Below, piece after piece: positions 25,371 through 38,777 of a stretch of 64,000 nucleotides of DNA; position 1 is the first letter of the stretch; each line of letters starts with the position of its first letter. This stretch comes from Octopus sinensis (taxonomy: Eukaryota), in assembly GCF_006345805.1 (NCBI RefSeq), contig NC_042997.1:166346001-166410000 (forward strand). Reading direction: 5' to 3'. Made by a program: the position numbers and the translations under genes. Under the pieces are notes generated by a model. The model searched no databases and was not told the DNA's origin. It saw nothing but the letters and a program-made list of their open reading frames with translations.

Positions 25371-25762
25371 ACCGAATAATTGTCACATATTACTTTTACA
25401 GATATATATATATATATACAACAGACTTCTTTCACTTACTGTCTACATCTAGTCACTAGGTTTGTCAGCCTAGGGCTATAGCAGAAAATACTTGCCTAAG
25501 ATGCTCATGATGGGACTGAACCCAGAACCATGTGGTTGGGATACAAACTTCTTACTACACTGCCTCACTTGTGCCTATTAAACATATGAAGTTTTGTTTT
25601 GTCCAGTTGTTTACAAAATGCATAAAATTCACCAAAAAACTTACTACAGAAAACTTTTAGACAATCAAATCACAGCTCTATTCATAAAAATTCGTAAAGA
25701 TTTTATTTACTGTTAGAGCACTGTTATAAAATGAAAATTCAATTTTTAAAAAATCATCTTAC

Positions 25763-25802
25763 CTCTACTAGCCATAATCCTTCTTTCCGCTGCTCCAGAA
25801 AA
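25763..25802 (-). CDS. TMX3: TMX3 coding exon 3: (N)FLEQRKEGLWLVE
   Basis: ttttag acceptor, gtaaga donor, 40 nt phase 2-0, joins in frame to FYAPWCGHC. Confidence 0.88.
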
Positions 25803-26273
25803 CTAAAATAAAATTTAAAACAATTCAAAATTAATTTTTTTATACAACCGATGATGGTAGTATAACTAATTATCCTCCATGACAATTTAATAATTGAATA
25901 ATTGTATTAGACTAACAGGATTAGCCTATTTTATATTTATTGATAGATTTAATACACACTAATCTTTTCATGAACTACAATGACTCATCATGCTCTCACT
26001 TATCGCTCATCTTCACAGCGTGAAAACAATGGATCAAAAGAATCTCTTTGGGACATGCTACTCCAGACAGATATCAATTTTCCATAGATATCTGTCTAGA
26101 CATTATCATCTATGCCAGACACAAGCAAAACTGCGTGATGCAGGCATGGATTTGTAGTTAAGAGATTTCTTTCCCAACCACGTGGTTTCAGGTTCAGACC
26201 CACCATGTGGCATTTCGGACATGTGTTTTATACTATAGCTCTGGGCTGACCAAAGCCTAGTAAGTGGATTTAG

Positions 26274-26698
26274 GGATCTTTTCAGTTTGACCGGCACTTT
26301 TTTCTAGCGGTGTCATATGAAATTATCACCCATAATTATGACCCTAGAACCGATCTATTGCATTTCAATTTCTTTTAGGGTTAGGGGTTAAGGTTAAGGG
26401 TGGGGGAAGGGTACCTTTTTTTCTTCACAAATGTAAATAAACCCAATCTGTTTCTTAAACAAGGGACATATTCATACGGCACAGAATGCTTTTTAACTCA
26501 ATGGACATCATCAATTGGTTGAAATTGCAGAAATTGAAGAAGAAAAAAAAAACAAATATCTTACAAACTATAGAATTTTCTAAATAAAGCTAAGAGAAAA
26601 AGATGTTTTATAAACACATTCTACCAGTATATGAAGTTTAAAATTTTTTAGTTACCTAGAAATTATGTTAAAAACTGCCATTCAAACCGAAAAGATCC
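26274..26698 (+). mobile_element. MITE with GG...CC TIRs and 8-bp TSD (Merlin-like), inserted into a family A SINE
   Basis: Ends GGATCTTTTCAGTTTGA / TTCAAACCGAAAAGATCC; flanks GGATTTAG and AGATTTAG; internal TTAGGG-like run. Confidence 0.85.
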
Positions 26699-26748
26699 AG
26701 ATTTAGTGTTGAGAAACTGAAGCAAGCCCATCATATTGAGAGAGAGAT

Positions 26749-26793
<45 letters not shown>

Positions 26794-27158
26794 GTGTGTG
26801 TGGCAAGATAAGATTTTTGGGGTTTCTTTGTCTTGACATCATGTTATACTTGTAAACAAGTGTCATCACGATACAAACTGTGTCCTTTGTTTCCAATCTC
26901 CTGGGAAAATGTGTCCAGTCATGGGAGTTGGTGGCAGGAAAGGCATCCAACCCATGCAAGCACAGAAAAGTGGACACTAAAACAATAATGATGATGATTG
27001 CTGTTACTAGTCTTTTACTGTATTTGATAATGTTATTGTTTACTCCATTTCTGCCCTGACAGAGTAAATATTTGAGCATTCTGGCTGCAACTATCCCATC
27101 CTTATTTTTTTTTTCCAAAATAGTGTATTGAGGATGACATTATCTAATATGGCTTCTT

Positions 27159-27584
27159 GGATATTTTCAGTTTAGCCGGCAGTTTTTCAAAATAATTTCC
27201 ACGTAACTAAACACTTTTAAACTTCATATACTGGTAGAATGTGTTTATAAAACACCTTTTTCTCTTGACTTTATTGAGAAAATTCTATAGTTTGTAAGAT
27301 ATTTGTTGTTTTTTTTCTTCAATTTCTGCAATTTCAACCAATCAATGACATCTATTGAGGTGAAAACATTCTGTGCCGTATGAATATGTCCCTCGTTTAA
27401 GAAACAGATTGGGTTTATTTACATTTCTTAAGAAAAAAAGATACCCTTCCCCCACCCCTAACCAACCCTAACTCTAACCCTAAAACAGATTGAAATGCAA
27501 TAGATCGATACTAGGGTCATAATTATGGGTGACAATTTCATATGACACTGCTAGAAAAAACTGCCATTCAAATCAAAAGGATCC
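27159..27584 (-). mobile_element. Second copy of the same Merlin-like MITE, inverted orientation
   Basis: Reverse complement of 26274-26698; flanks GGCTTCTT and AGCTTCTT. Confidence 0.85.
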
Positions 27585-29884
27585 AGCTTCTTAACTACTA
27601 TTCTCAGCAAGGTGAATTAAACACATAAAGTCTCATGAAGGATAGAGAAGCTTGAAGCTGCACCCCTCTGTCTTTCATGGGGTAATGTCAACTGATTTGT
27701 AGTCTCAGCTCTGTTTGACTTATAAGTTTTTATTCCGATTTTTAAGACATTTCCTTTATTTTGGTGAGGATGGGGAATGTTAAAATAAGACTTTTGCAGA
27801 ACTTAATACGTATCTGAGGATAGAATGACACTGAATGAAAGTATCCTTTTCAAGAGCTATGATATTTAATCCAACATACATTGATTTTACTAAAATTACT
27901 ATATGTAAATAGCAGAATAGCCAAATTTTTCTACAGCAAAGCTTTGAGTGAGATGTTAAGAGAAACCGTCTTTCTTTTTGAATGTTGTAAACTTCCACTT
28001 GAAGAGGATCTTAACTAGAAGTAATAAATTCAGCTGGCTGAAATTCAACATCACACTTTGTTCTTATGTTATGAATCTTCTTAAGGTCTTTATCAGTTGT
28101 CTGAAGATTAACAGCTGAAAAAGAAAACTGCCAGCTGAGAAAGAAAAAATGTATGACTGTTCAGTATAAATCCAGCATGTTACAGATAAATAACGCTGGG
28201 ATTGGAGTCCTCCTGTGCTCAGACAATCCAGATGTCAATGTATCAGATGATTAATAGCTTATAGTTTAATAGTGTTCAGAATTAAACTATACTTTTAAAT
28301 GGGCATGTAAAAACAAATCATATATTTATTATACACATATACACTTTGTGTGTGTATTAATGAAAAATAAAGAAAATAAAGAGATTAAAAGGAAAGAAAG
28401 AAAGAAGAAAAATTTTATTCAGAATATCAACTAATAGCCTATATAGCAAGCATCCATAACATTGACTCACAAGCCAGACCTAGTCTACTTACTCTAATTA
28501 AGGATAACAATTATTGAAAAGTTAGCTGAAGCCAATGTGATTAGATAATTCATCTATAATTTCAAGCTACAAGGAGAGTGAAGAAAGCTAACAATTTACT
28601 AAAGATTTAATGAAAGTATCTGGCAAGTACTTTTAGCATAAAGATATTTAAGAGATAATGAATGCATTAAAATAATAAAAAGAAAATAAGAGTGCCTGGC
28701 AGATTTACAGCATCAAAACAATAAGCACTATTATGCAGATAGGCCTAATTTAAAGCAAAAATCACTTTTCAAGTTTTTACAAGATTCTTCTCAGAAAGCT
28801 GTATCAAAGAATGTACCACAATTTAAAGAGTATTGTAATTTGCTTGAAGAAGTGCAAAATATGTAGAAAATCAAACTGTTGTAGAAGGCAGTAACCACAC
28901 ACAGAACATAAAACATTAAAAAAAATAATAATAACAAAGTTACTGGACAGTTTACCTTAGAAATATTTCAATACCTCTCTTAGTATTATTAATTTTATAT
29001 TTAATGTTCTATCTACACAGCTATCATTTTTGTTTTGTAACATGTCCCACCCATGCCAGCAAGGAAGGTGGATGTTAAATGATGATGATGGTGGTAGTGG
29101 TGGTGGTGGTGATGGTGAGATTTCATTTTGAAACCTTACTAAAATAGGCCAAAACAATAAAATTTTCCTTAAACTGAGCTATATTTAATCAGAAATATCT
29201 ATACCAAAACTAAAGATTAAATCACAGATGACACCTGCTTGTATAACTCCACTGATATTCACCTCTAAAAATAAGAATACAAAGAAAATACATAGAAATG
29301 AATTCCATTAATAAATTATATATCTTTTTAATTCTCATTTTCTATTTCTTACTGTTTTAATTATTTTTCGTACACAACTAACCTTTCTCATATTTTCCAA
29401 TCTTGATTTCAAAAATGTAAAAGAACAAGTAATAAAAGAAGCATAATCAATAATGAGAGCACAGAAAATACAAAGGAAAGTATATATCAATGCCTTTAAT
29501 GTCTTGGAAAATAGCCAAACGGCAGAAATAATGGTTGCATTGATATTCAGTAATTGTTGGTCTTCATGAAAAATGTTTAAAAAATCTGTATATCATTATA
29601 GATGGCTAATAACTTTAATCTTAAAGATTGCACTCAATAAAGACAAAATACTAATTAAAATCTATATTTTCTTCTTTGTGTTTTCTTTTTCAAAGAAATT
29701 CAAATTAAACTCAGCCTTACACAAACAGGTCTTTTTAAAGGAGTTCAAAAAAGGCTATGAAGACCACTATCATACTTACACTTACCAATAAAACAAAAGT
29801 GTTAAAGAAAGTTTAAGAAAAAAATTACAAATTGTCAACTAATAAGAAAAAAAAAAAACAGCACATTTCTGTTCAATAAAATAA

Positions 29885-30133
29885 ATGCACCCTTTGAAAG
29901 CCTAACCAGGTTCATGGGCCCGGTTTCCCAGTTTCTATGGCGTATGTGTTCCCTAGCTGGATGGGATGCCAGTCCATCGCAGTGTTACTCATTTTTGCTA
30001 CCTGAGTGGACTGGAGCAACGTGAAATGAAGTGTTTTGCTCAAGAATACAATGTGTCGCCCGGTCCAGGAATTGAAACCACAATCTTACAATCATGATGC
30101 TGACACCCTAACCACTAAGCCACACGCCTCCAC
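29885..30133 (-). mobile_element. tRNA-derived SINE family C with a V/Meta-domain-like body
   Basis: Minus head GTGGAGGCGTGTGGCTTAGTGGTTAGGG; body CTGCGATGGACTGGCATCCCATCCAG...GAAACTGGG; related copies at 32883-33187 and 60547-60897. Confidence 0.75.
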
Positions 30134-30171
30134 ATTTCTGTTCAATAGAAACAGTTATTATGAGATTAATA

Positions 30172-30397
30172 AAGGTGGTGAGCTAGCAGAATTGTAAGCA
30201 CGTCAGACTAAATGCTTAGCAGTATTTCATCAGTTTGTACATTCTAAGTTCAAATTCCACCAAGGTCCACGTTGTCTTTTATCTTTTCAGAGTCAATAAA
30301 ATAAGTACCAGCTGAACACTGGGGTTGATGTAATCAACCTACACCCCAACCCTCCCCTGAAATTGCTGGCCTTGTGCCAAAATTTGAAATCAATATT
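30172..30397 (+). mobile_element. tRNA-derived SINE family B (head GGCGGCGAGCTGGCAGAA, CORE-like body, ATT tail)
   Basis: A/B-box-like head, AAGTTCAAATTCC, AATAAGTACCAG body; further copies near 45309, 45880, 46500, 52810, 52905 and in arrays. Confidence 0.75.
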
Positions 30398-31672
30398 ATG
30401 AGATTAATAATTCACGAAGAGAATTTAGATATAACAATACAAGAAACATTTGCTTCACAAACAAATAACAACACATAACTGAAAATTCAATATGGAATAT
30501 ATCAAAATAGACTCCTTAACCAGCAACAGTTAAGGAGCACTCCAACTCATCACCAAGTTATAATTATTCATGTCTTCATAACTACCTGACAGCTCACTTA
30601 CATAACTTGGGCATCTGGTGTGTGTGTGACTGTGTCTGTTTCTACAAATGGATGGATAGATCAAAATAACAAACTGAGTTTATTAATAACAAGTTTCATA
30701 TATCACCTAGAACATTATGTAATGCTCATATCTTCACATCGCCCCTCACAGAATATTTCTCCTAGAGACACTTTCACTACAAGTATGGCACCATTATTCA
30801 ACATCGACATGGGTTCTCTATAAACTAGAAGCACTATCACCTTCATTTGTTTCAAGTGGTTTGTATTTAGTCCACATGATTCAAAGATACCATCAGATTC
30901 CTTGTAAGGACAGCAGTGTTGTTTCCATTTGGCATCAGAAAGCTTTCAATTTCTGATATCAAACCATTAGATTTTATAAAACAGCTACTCATCAATAGAA
31001 CTTGTGCATTCTTGATCAGGATGTGATCAAGAGTGCACAAGTTTGATGCCTCATCAATGCTGAAGGACTCTGCAGCTTATTAGCATGAACACTAGTTGGA
31101 AAAAAATTACTTTAATTTTTCTCTCTGGGAGGATATCACAAACTTTATTTAACTGTTTGAACTATTTGTTCTGCAATTTCATTGTTTGCGGGTGATTGGG
31201 AAGGGGAAGCAAGTTTGAGGTCAGAGGTTATCATCATGAAATTTTGGGGAACTATGACACCAAAACCTTCAGCACACTTTTGAAAGTGGTCTCCTTATCA
31301 AAACCATGAATGACCACTAGTAGCAGCAATTCGCTACCACTAACAAGGGCACAATCTCTTGAGTACAGGTTTCCAGGGATCTAATTCCTTGTTCTTTTAA
31401 AAATGATTTATCACTTCACATTTAGAACATCTAAGTATGTAGTCCTTGACATCACAAGAAAAACCAGGTCACCATCATTACAACCAAGAAAATCATTAAA
31501 AACTTCAAGCTTTAATTATCTGCCACCTAGATACTTAAGGCAGAACAAGTAAGATCAAAAGTGCCAGATCAAAACGATGCCATTTCCAGAGTACAAGGTC
31601 TTTCAGCAGTGAGAGTGAACCTGAAAGGAGACTTAACTCCTTATACAACCACACCTGCACACACATACACAT

Positions 31673-32135
31673 ATCATCATCATCATTTAGCGTCCGCTTT
31701 CCATGCTAGCATGGTTGGACGGTTCAACTGGGGTCTGGGAAGCCAGAAGGTTGCACCAGGCCCAGTCTGATCTGGCAGTGTTTCTACAGCTGGATGCCCT
31801 TCCTAACGCCAACCACTCTGTGAGTGTAGTGGGTGCTTTTTACGTGCCGCCTGCACATGTGCCAAACGGCCACGAACGGATGGTGATTTTTACGTGCCAC
31901 CGGCATGGGGGCCAGGCGAGGCTGGCAACGGCCATGAACGGATGGTGCTTTTTACGTGCCACCGGCACGGAGGCCAGTAGGGGCGGCGCTGGCAACGGCC
32001 ACGATCGGATGGTTCGCTTACTTGTCACCAGCACTGGTATCACAGCTGCAATTTCCATTGATGTTGATCGACTTCGATTTTGGTTCTGCTTTCTGATATC
32101 TGATTTGATTTGGTTTGATTTTGATTTTGATTTTT
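31673..32135 (-). mobile_element. RTE 3' UTR and tail fragment
   Basis: (CAT)n tail plus reverse complement of the RTE terminus and GGCACGTAAAAAGCAC repeats. Confidence 0.9.
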
Positions 32136-32882
32136 GATATGAAAGCATAAATTTCACACACAGTCCATACTTTAAAACAGCTGCTGAATATGCTACTCTT
32201 AAAGACTGTTTTAGCCAATTATGTATATGTATGCAAATCAGCCCCACTTGGATTTATTGCAAGTTGAAGTTTAACAACCTGGTAAGAGATAGCTGTAAAG
32301 ATGGGCAATGATGAGAGTGATAAACGTCATTGAAGAATGATGGTTAACAGTAAAGAAGAATGGCAGGTACTGTGAAGGATGGGAGGTAGAGTAATAAAGG
32401 AAAAAGACAGAGGTTATAGAACAGAGACAGGTCAAATGCCAATCTTCACTAAGCAGGCAGCATGGTAGTAAATAGGGAAAATGGTAAGTAACAGATAAGA
32501 GGGTAACAGAAGGAGCATTCAACTGGAAAATAATGGGCAAAAGAGCAATGTGGATGTATTGTACATCCACTAACATTTTAAGGACCACTTTACAATGCTT
32601 GCACTGGTGGATTGGTGTTTTCCAACACCAACTGTCACCACTTATCATAGTTAATAGCCATCTCCTTCATGAGGTTTCAGCTGGGGATAGCAGAGACTAC
32701 TATTAAGTTTCTAGAAATAAAAGAAGACAATCGGGAATATTTAACAAAGAGGAAAGCAAAAAGTAAGAGGTTTGCACATGTTTTGCAGCATGAAGATCAG
32801 AGGAATGAGTGTACCAGACCAATGACATTGGCAAGAAGTGTGAACAGTATGATATTAGTAAACTTACTCTCTTTTTATTTAT

Positions 32883-33187
32883 ACACCCTTTTCAAGCCTT
32901 GCCAGGCTCATGGGCTCGGTTTCCCAGTTTCTGTGGCGGATGTGTTCCCTCCAGCTGGACAGGACACCAATACATCACAGCGTTACTCATGAAACAGGAA
33001 GAAAGAGTGAGAGAAAGTTGGGGCGAAAGAGTACAACAGGGGTCGCCACCACCCCCAGCTGGAGACTCGTGGAGCTTTAGGTGTTTTTGCTCAATAAACA
33101 CACACAACGCCCAGTCTGGGAATCGAAACCATGATCCTCTGACCATGAGTCTGCTGCCCTAACCACTGGGCCATTGCACCTCCACAC
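32883..33187 (-). mobile_element. tRNA-derived SINE family C
   Basis: Head is the reverse complement of 60547-60740; 3' part matches 29885-29990. Confidence 0.8.
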
Positions 33188-33289
33188 ACTTACTCTTACT
33201 GACGCCAAAAAGAAAGAGGCATAAATGATGTGGGTTTTTTTCAAAACCATGAACTAAAAGTTGGAGGAGGAGGGACAGGATAAACTACC

Positions 33290-33433
33290 TGCATTAACTT
33301 GCTATAAAAGCAGGTAGTAATTTTACCTTGTCCTTATTCTTAGTGCAAGTTTTGAAGAGTTCAGTTCAATCTTAAAAATTCAGCATATTTTGCTTTTATG
33401 AATTCAATAAAGGCAACAACATAATGGAAAGTG
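33290..33433 (+). mobile_element. Short mariner 5' fragment followed by a tiny RTE tail
   Basis: CTATAAAAGCAGGTAGTAAT...TCCTTATTCTTAGTGCAAGTTTTGAAGAG as at 14130-14190 and 18850-18910. Confidence 0.75.
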
Positions 33434-36400
33434 CTAGCATGGACAACAGATGTTAAATGATGATGATGATGATGAACAACTGTGCCAACAAAAACTATCT
33501 TGCTCAAACAATCATGAAAAATAAACAAGAAACAGCAAAAGAAAAATTAATTTGGAACAAAATAATGACAGAAACAAAGTTTAATCCTTAAGTCAAGAGT
33601 AATGTAACTTCCATGACACCAGTTTATCTCAATGGTCACAGGAATTTAACACCTTATCATGCAGTGAGATGACTCAAGTTAAGCTTCAAAACAAGAAAAC
33701 ATTACAACTGAAAATATGGTGTAATAAAACACTGAGCTACCATTGACATTTTTATGTAGAACTTAAAGGATAGACTGGAATTGTTTCTCATTGTATTCTT
33801 CAGCTTCATGGCAAAATTTAAGTTTAGCACTACAAACTAATGGAATATTTGTCAATCACACAGCATCTACTTACAGTAACATCAGTCAATCACACAACAT
33901 CTGCTTAGAGTAATGAAATTCATGTCTCAGGCTACATGAATTGAGACAGAGAGTTAAGTATTTTCACTAAGAATAGAGGGTAATGTTGATGATTGCATGT
34001 GAACTGTCAACCTTTGAGTTAGTTGGCCAGTCTCCTAATGACTTTGCCTGCTGTAATTCTCTAACAGTAGAGAGAGAGGACTTAACACTGGATAAAGAAA
34101 ATGAAAAAAATAATAAAGCTATGACTGAAGGGCATAAAAACACATGTCAAAGCTACAAAGAGAATAATAGTAAGTATTATTGAATATCATACAAAATAGA
34201 TTACAAACTGCTGCCAAAATTAGTATCGGTTTGATGATGGAGATAATGGTGGGAGTAGTGAAGAGTATGATGATTATGATGACAACAATGTTGATGAAGC
34301 TATTATCATCAGGACATAAATAGAGGCATTGACTATTTTATAAGAGGGAAAGGGCAAATAAAACATACTGATTGGAGGAAGTGTTTGGCAAAATTATATA
34401 TTTGCATGTGTGAGATATAGGGAGCAAGATTCATATAATTTACCTCTGTGTGTGTGTGTATGTGTGCACACATGCATGTGTGAGTATGTATGAACACACA
34501 CATGCATGGAAACTGCAGCCAAATGTACTGTTGGTTTGATAATGAGGATGATGATGGAGATTATTAATTGAAGCTAAGAAGTGGGTGATATCAGATACTG
34601 AATCTGATATAATGTACAAACTGCTAGCTTTAATGTTGGTTTAATACAGGTCATCAGAAAGTAATGTACCATTAATAGATTTAATTTTTTTCTAAAAAAA
34701 AAAAAAAAATCAATATTTGGCACCCTCTGTGAAAAACTGATTACAACTATCTACATTGATAATTTGGTAAAAAAAAAAAAATACATCAAGTTATATCTTG
34801 GTTTCATATTTATCACCTGCTGCTTCATTTCCTTTTGCCTGAGGCTATATTTACTACTATTACTATTACCACCATCACTGCCACTGCCAGCTTCACAATT
34901 TTCAATTTTCTTCTCTAGTCTAAATAAATAAAAGCTATAAGAGCATCAGTAATATGGGATGCAGGTATGTTAGAAACCGAAGAAGTGTAACTATTCCTAC
35001 CTAGTCAACACTTTGTGCATTACATCATGAATAAAGAAACTATAGAGGTAACAATATTTCAGTCACAGATGTGATCTCTTGCTTACAGCAATGAGAGGCC
35101 CACTATCTGTAGTTCCAAAAAACCTGAGTCTTGACTTATACTGAATTTGGATTATAATGAGATAGTTGCATCAAACAATCAACCTCATTCTCTTTCTGGT
35201 CATTAGCAAGGCAGGGTGACTGGAGATATAACAGGGATGTCATGGAGTAACTAGAGCAATCAGCACATCTTACTCTGTTCTAAGATACGTGTCCCACAGC
35301 CTTTCTACTTGTTGAAACTTGACTCCCTATTGGTAGATTTGTTTCTCCTACACAATCCACTAAAAATCCAGTCTTCACATGTGTAGGACAAGACCTTTAA
35401 AAAAATGCTACCAAGAGTTTAAAACTCATCAGCTATTCTCAAACTAGTTTAGCATATCTATTTATGTCTTTGAATAGGAGGGTAGTCCATTGCGAGATGC
35501 TGAGAATTAGTGGAGCTACAGATAAGAAGTGGCTACCAGGTGGGAGCTAATGGCAAATGAACTGTCCTGAAAAAGAATTGGTAGGACCCCTTACCAAATC
35601 TTTTGGTAAAGGAGTCCTGCCAATTTATCTTCAGTTTATGTAGTATTAAGTAAACGAAAAATAAATGTCTCATTGAATATATTTGGCTTGTTTCAAATTG
35701 CTTTCTCATGGAAATCTACAAGAGGCTAAAAATTTGAACTCAGCATTGCTAAGTAACAAATATTTCCTTAGTTTTACACAGCAGATGCTTTTCTTCTCGT
35801 TTTGATAAAATTATACCATCCACATCACTTACAAATAAGTGGACAGGGTATTTTCATACAATGCAGTGCTCGTGACAGAATATGAACTGTTGATCGGTTG
35901 GCTGGTTACCTGATAGTCTATTGATTCAGTTATCTATGATCTTTAGGAGCAATCTGTATCAAAAATGAAGTTGAAAGCAAAGCAAGGATATTATTATCAG
36001 AGCTATCAAGAATAAATGACGATAACCCAATGAAGGAGTTTCTATGTGGTCATTCAAGCTATTAGAAATAGCAGCTAAATTTTCTTTAAACTGTACCATA
36101 CCTCTATCTCAAAAGAGGAAAGACACATTAGATAATGTAGTCAAAGATAACACTATACTTTCAAAAAAAAAAAACAAATGATCAAGGCTTGAACAACCCT
36201 GGTCATACATCTGCTCAGCAGGAGCTGACCTGGGTTAAACATAAACAACTAGTTGGGTTTGGAAAAGATGTTTTACTAAAGTTATGAGAAATACACTTAG
36301 TAAAGAAATGAAAATTTTATTTTTTATTGTGTATCTGAGTTTTATCTCTTTGAAACCATTTTAAAATATAACAAAAGCCTGTCAGTTGATGTTATGAGCA

Positions 36401-36884
36401 GATATTTCCAAACTTTGAACATTTTTTTTTAAAACTTGTACAGTGATATCACATTTCTTCTGAAGACATCATGGTTTGTTGTGTTACTAAATAACCATTT
36501 GGAGTGCGAGAAGGACATACAAAGGATGATTACTTTATAATTTAGCTATTTTAATGGAATCTTGTCTGTATGTCGTTGCCATAGTTAGTCAACAGATTTG
36601 TGGTCTTGTAAATGGAATGAAGGGAGTGAAGATGGAATGAGCAGATAGAAGCAGAAATCAAGAAGTAAAATTTGCATCTAAAAGTACAGGACTCAAAAAA
36701 GTCTTTTTGATGAAAGCAAATTTGAGATGTGACAAGAAAATTTTAATTGGTGCAAGTTGTAGTAAATAGTAAAGGTACCGTTTCCACACATATTAGGGCC
36801 ATGCCAGTAGATAAGCTGAACTAGCAGAGATTAATGAATTCTTCAACTAAGTGTATTGAAAGCAGGTTGTTGGTAAAAGAATAA

Positions 36885-37958
36885 CAATAATAATAATAAT
36901 CTTTTCTACTATAGGCACAAGGCCTATAATTTGGGGGAGGAGGATAGTCAATTACATTGACCCCAGCACTCAACTGGTATTTATTTTACCAACCCCAAAA
37001 GGATGAAAAGCAAAGTCAACCTCGGCAGAATTTGAACTCAGAACAGAAGTCTGATGAAATATCACTAAGCATTTTACCTGGCATGCCAATGATTCTAAGA
37101 GCTTGTAGCCAATAATAATAATAATCCTTTGTACTAAAGGCATAAGGCCTGAAAAATTGTGGGTGGGTGGACTAGTTGATTACATCAACACCAGTATTTC
37201 ACTGGTAATTAATTCATCGACCCCAAAAGGATGAAAGGCAAAGTTGACCTCAGCAGAATTTGAACTCAGAACATAGCAGCAGGTGAAATACCTATTTCTT
37301 TACTACCCACAAAGGGCTAAACACAGAGAGGACAAACGGATTAAGTCAATTTTATCGACCCAGTGCATAACTGGTACTTATTTAATCGACCTCGAAAGGA
37401 TGAAAGGCAAAGTCGACCTCGGTGGAATTTGAACTCAGAATGTAGCAGCAGGTGAAATACCGCTAAGCATTTCACCTGGTGTGCAAATAATTCTACCAGC
37501 TTGCTGCCTTAATAATAATGATAATAATAATAATGTTAATAATAATAATGATGATGATGATTAACTTTTCTACTATAAGCACAATGGCTGAAATTTGAGA
37601 GAAAGAGGCAAGTGGATTACACTGATCCCCAAAAGGGTAAAAGGCAAAACCAACCTTGGCAGCATTTGAACTCAGAATGTAAAGCCAGAAAAAATTCCAT
37701 GGAGTCCAGCATGCTTACAATTCTGTCAGCTTGCTGTCTTAATAATGATGGTTTCAAATTTTGGCACAAAGCCAGCAATTTCAGGGGAGAGGGTAAGTTG
37801 ATTACATCAAATCCAATGCTCTACTGATACTTATTTTACCAACCCCAAAACACTGAAAGGCAAAGTCAGCTTTAGTGGCATTTGAACTCACAACAAAAAG
37901 CCAGAAAAAAATGCAGTAAAGCATTAGTCCAGCATGCTTACAATTCTGCCAGGCCATC

Positions 37959-38005
<47 letters not shown>

Positions 38006-38392
38006 CCTTCCTACTATAGGCACAAGACCTGAAATTTGGGGGAGGGAATGGTCAATTACATCAACCCCAGTACTTGACTGGTACTTAATTTATCAATTCT
38101 GAAAGGATAAAAGGTAAAGTCGACCTCAGTGGAATTTGAACTGAGAATGTAGCAACAGGCGAAATACCTATTTCTTTACTACCCACAGAGAAGACAAACA
38201 AGGACAGACAGACGGATTATGTCGATTATATCGACCCCAGTGTGTAACTGGTACTTAATTTATCGACCCCGAAAGGATGAAAGGCAAAGTCGACCTCGGC
38301 AGAATTTGAACTCAGAATGTAACGGCAGACAAAATACCGTTAAGCATTTCATCGAGTGTGTTAACAATTCTGCCAGCTCACTGCTCTAATAA
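36885..38392 (-). mobile_element. Head-to-tail array of five family B SINE copies (two with an internal duplication) separated by (AAT)n
   Basis: Units start near 36901, 37126, 37566, 37750 and 38005, each with AAAGGCAAAGTCGACCTCGG..GAATTTGAACTCAGAA-like cores. Confidence 0.88.
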
Positions 38393-38394
38393 TA

Positions 38395-38777
38395 ATGCTA
38401 TATAGTTGATGTTGCATGCCCCTTTCACCCATGAATAGTCAAGAAGGAAAGAGAAAAGATATATAAATACAACCGTCTTAAGTACAAAATAGCCCAGCTA
38501 TGGAAAATGAAGGTGAAGATAGTACCAATTATAGTTGGGTCCTTGAGAACAGTATAAGAAGGTATCAAGGAGAATATAAAAGAAATTGGAATAGAGTACT
38601 CAGTAGAACTGTTACAAAAGGTTTGCTTCCTTGGCACGACCAGAATAATCAGGAAAGTATTAGAAAGCTGAAAAGAATGGATAGCATGGAACTATAGGCT
38701 GCAGGTAGCAAGCCCATTACACATGTAAAACTCCAGGAGCTCCAACAAAACCTGTGATAAAGAGAAATAATAATAAT
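38395..38777 (+). mobile_element. 5'-truncated R4/Dong-like non-LTR element (RLE endonuclease C-terminus) with TAA tail
   Basis: Translates CYIVDVACPF..IVKKEREKIYKYNRLKYKIAQLWKMKVKIVPIIVGSLRTV...VELLQKVCFLGTTRIIRKVL; flanked by (AAT)n on both sides. Confidence 0.8.

Noticed and set aside
30780-31480. Possible very old LINE endonuclease remnant on minus (GIFESCG...VIVLLVYREP)
   Set aside because: Only one weak motif; not enough to call
33851-33915. 34-bp tandem duplication GTCAATCACACA(G/A)CATCT(A/G)CTTA(C/G)AGTAA
   Set aside because: Ordinary local slippage duplication with no further structure
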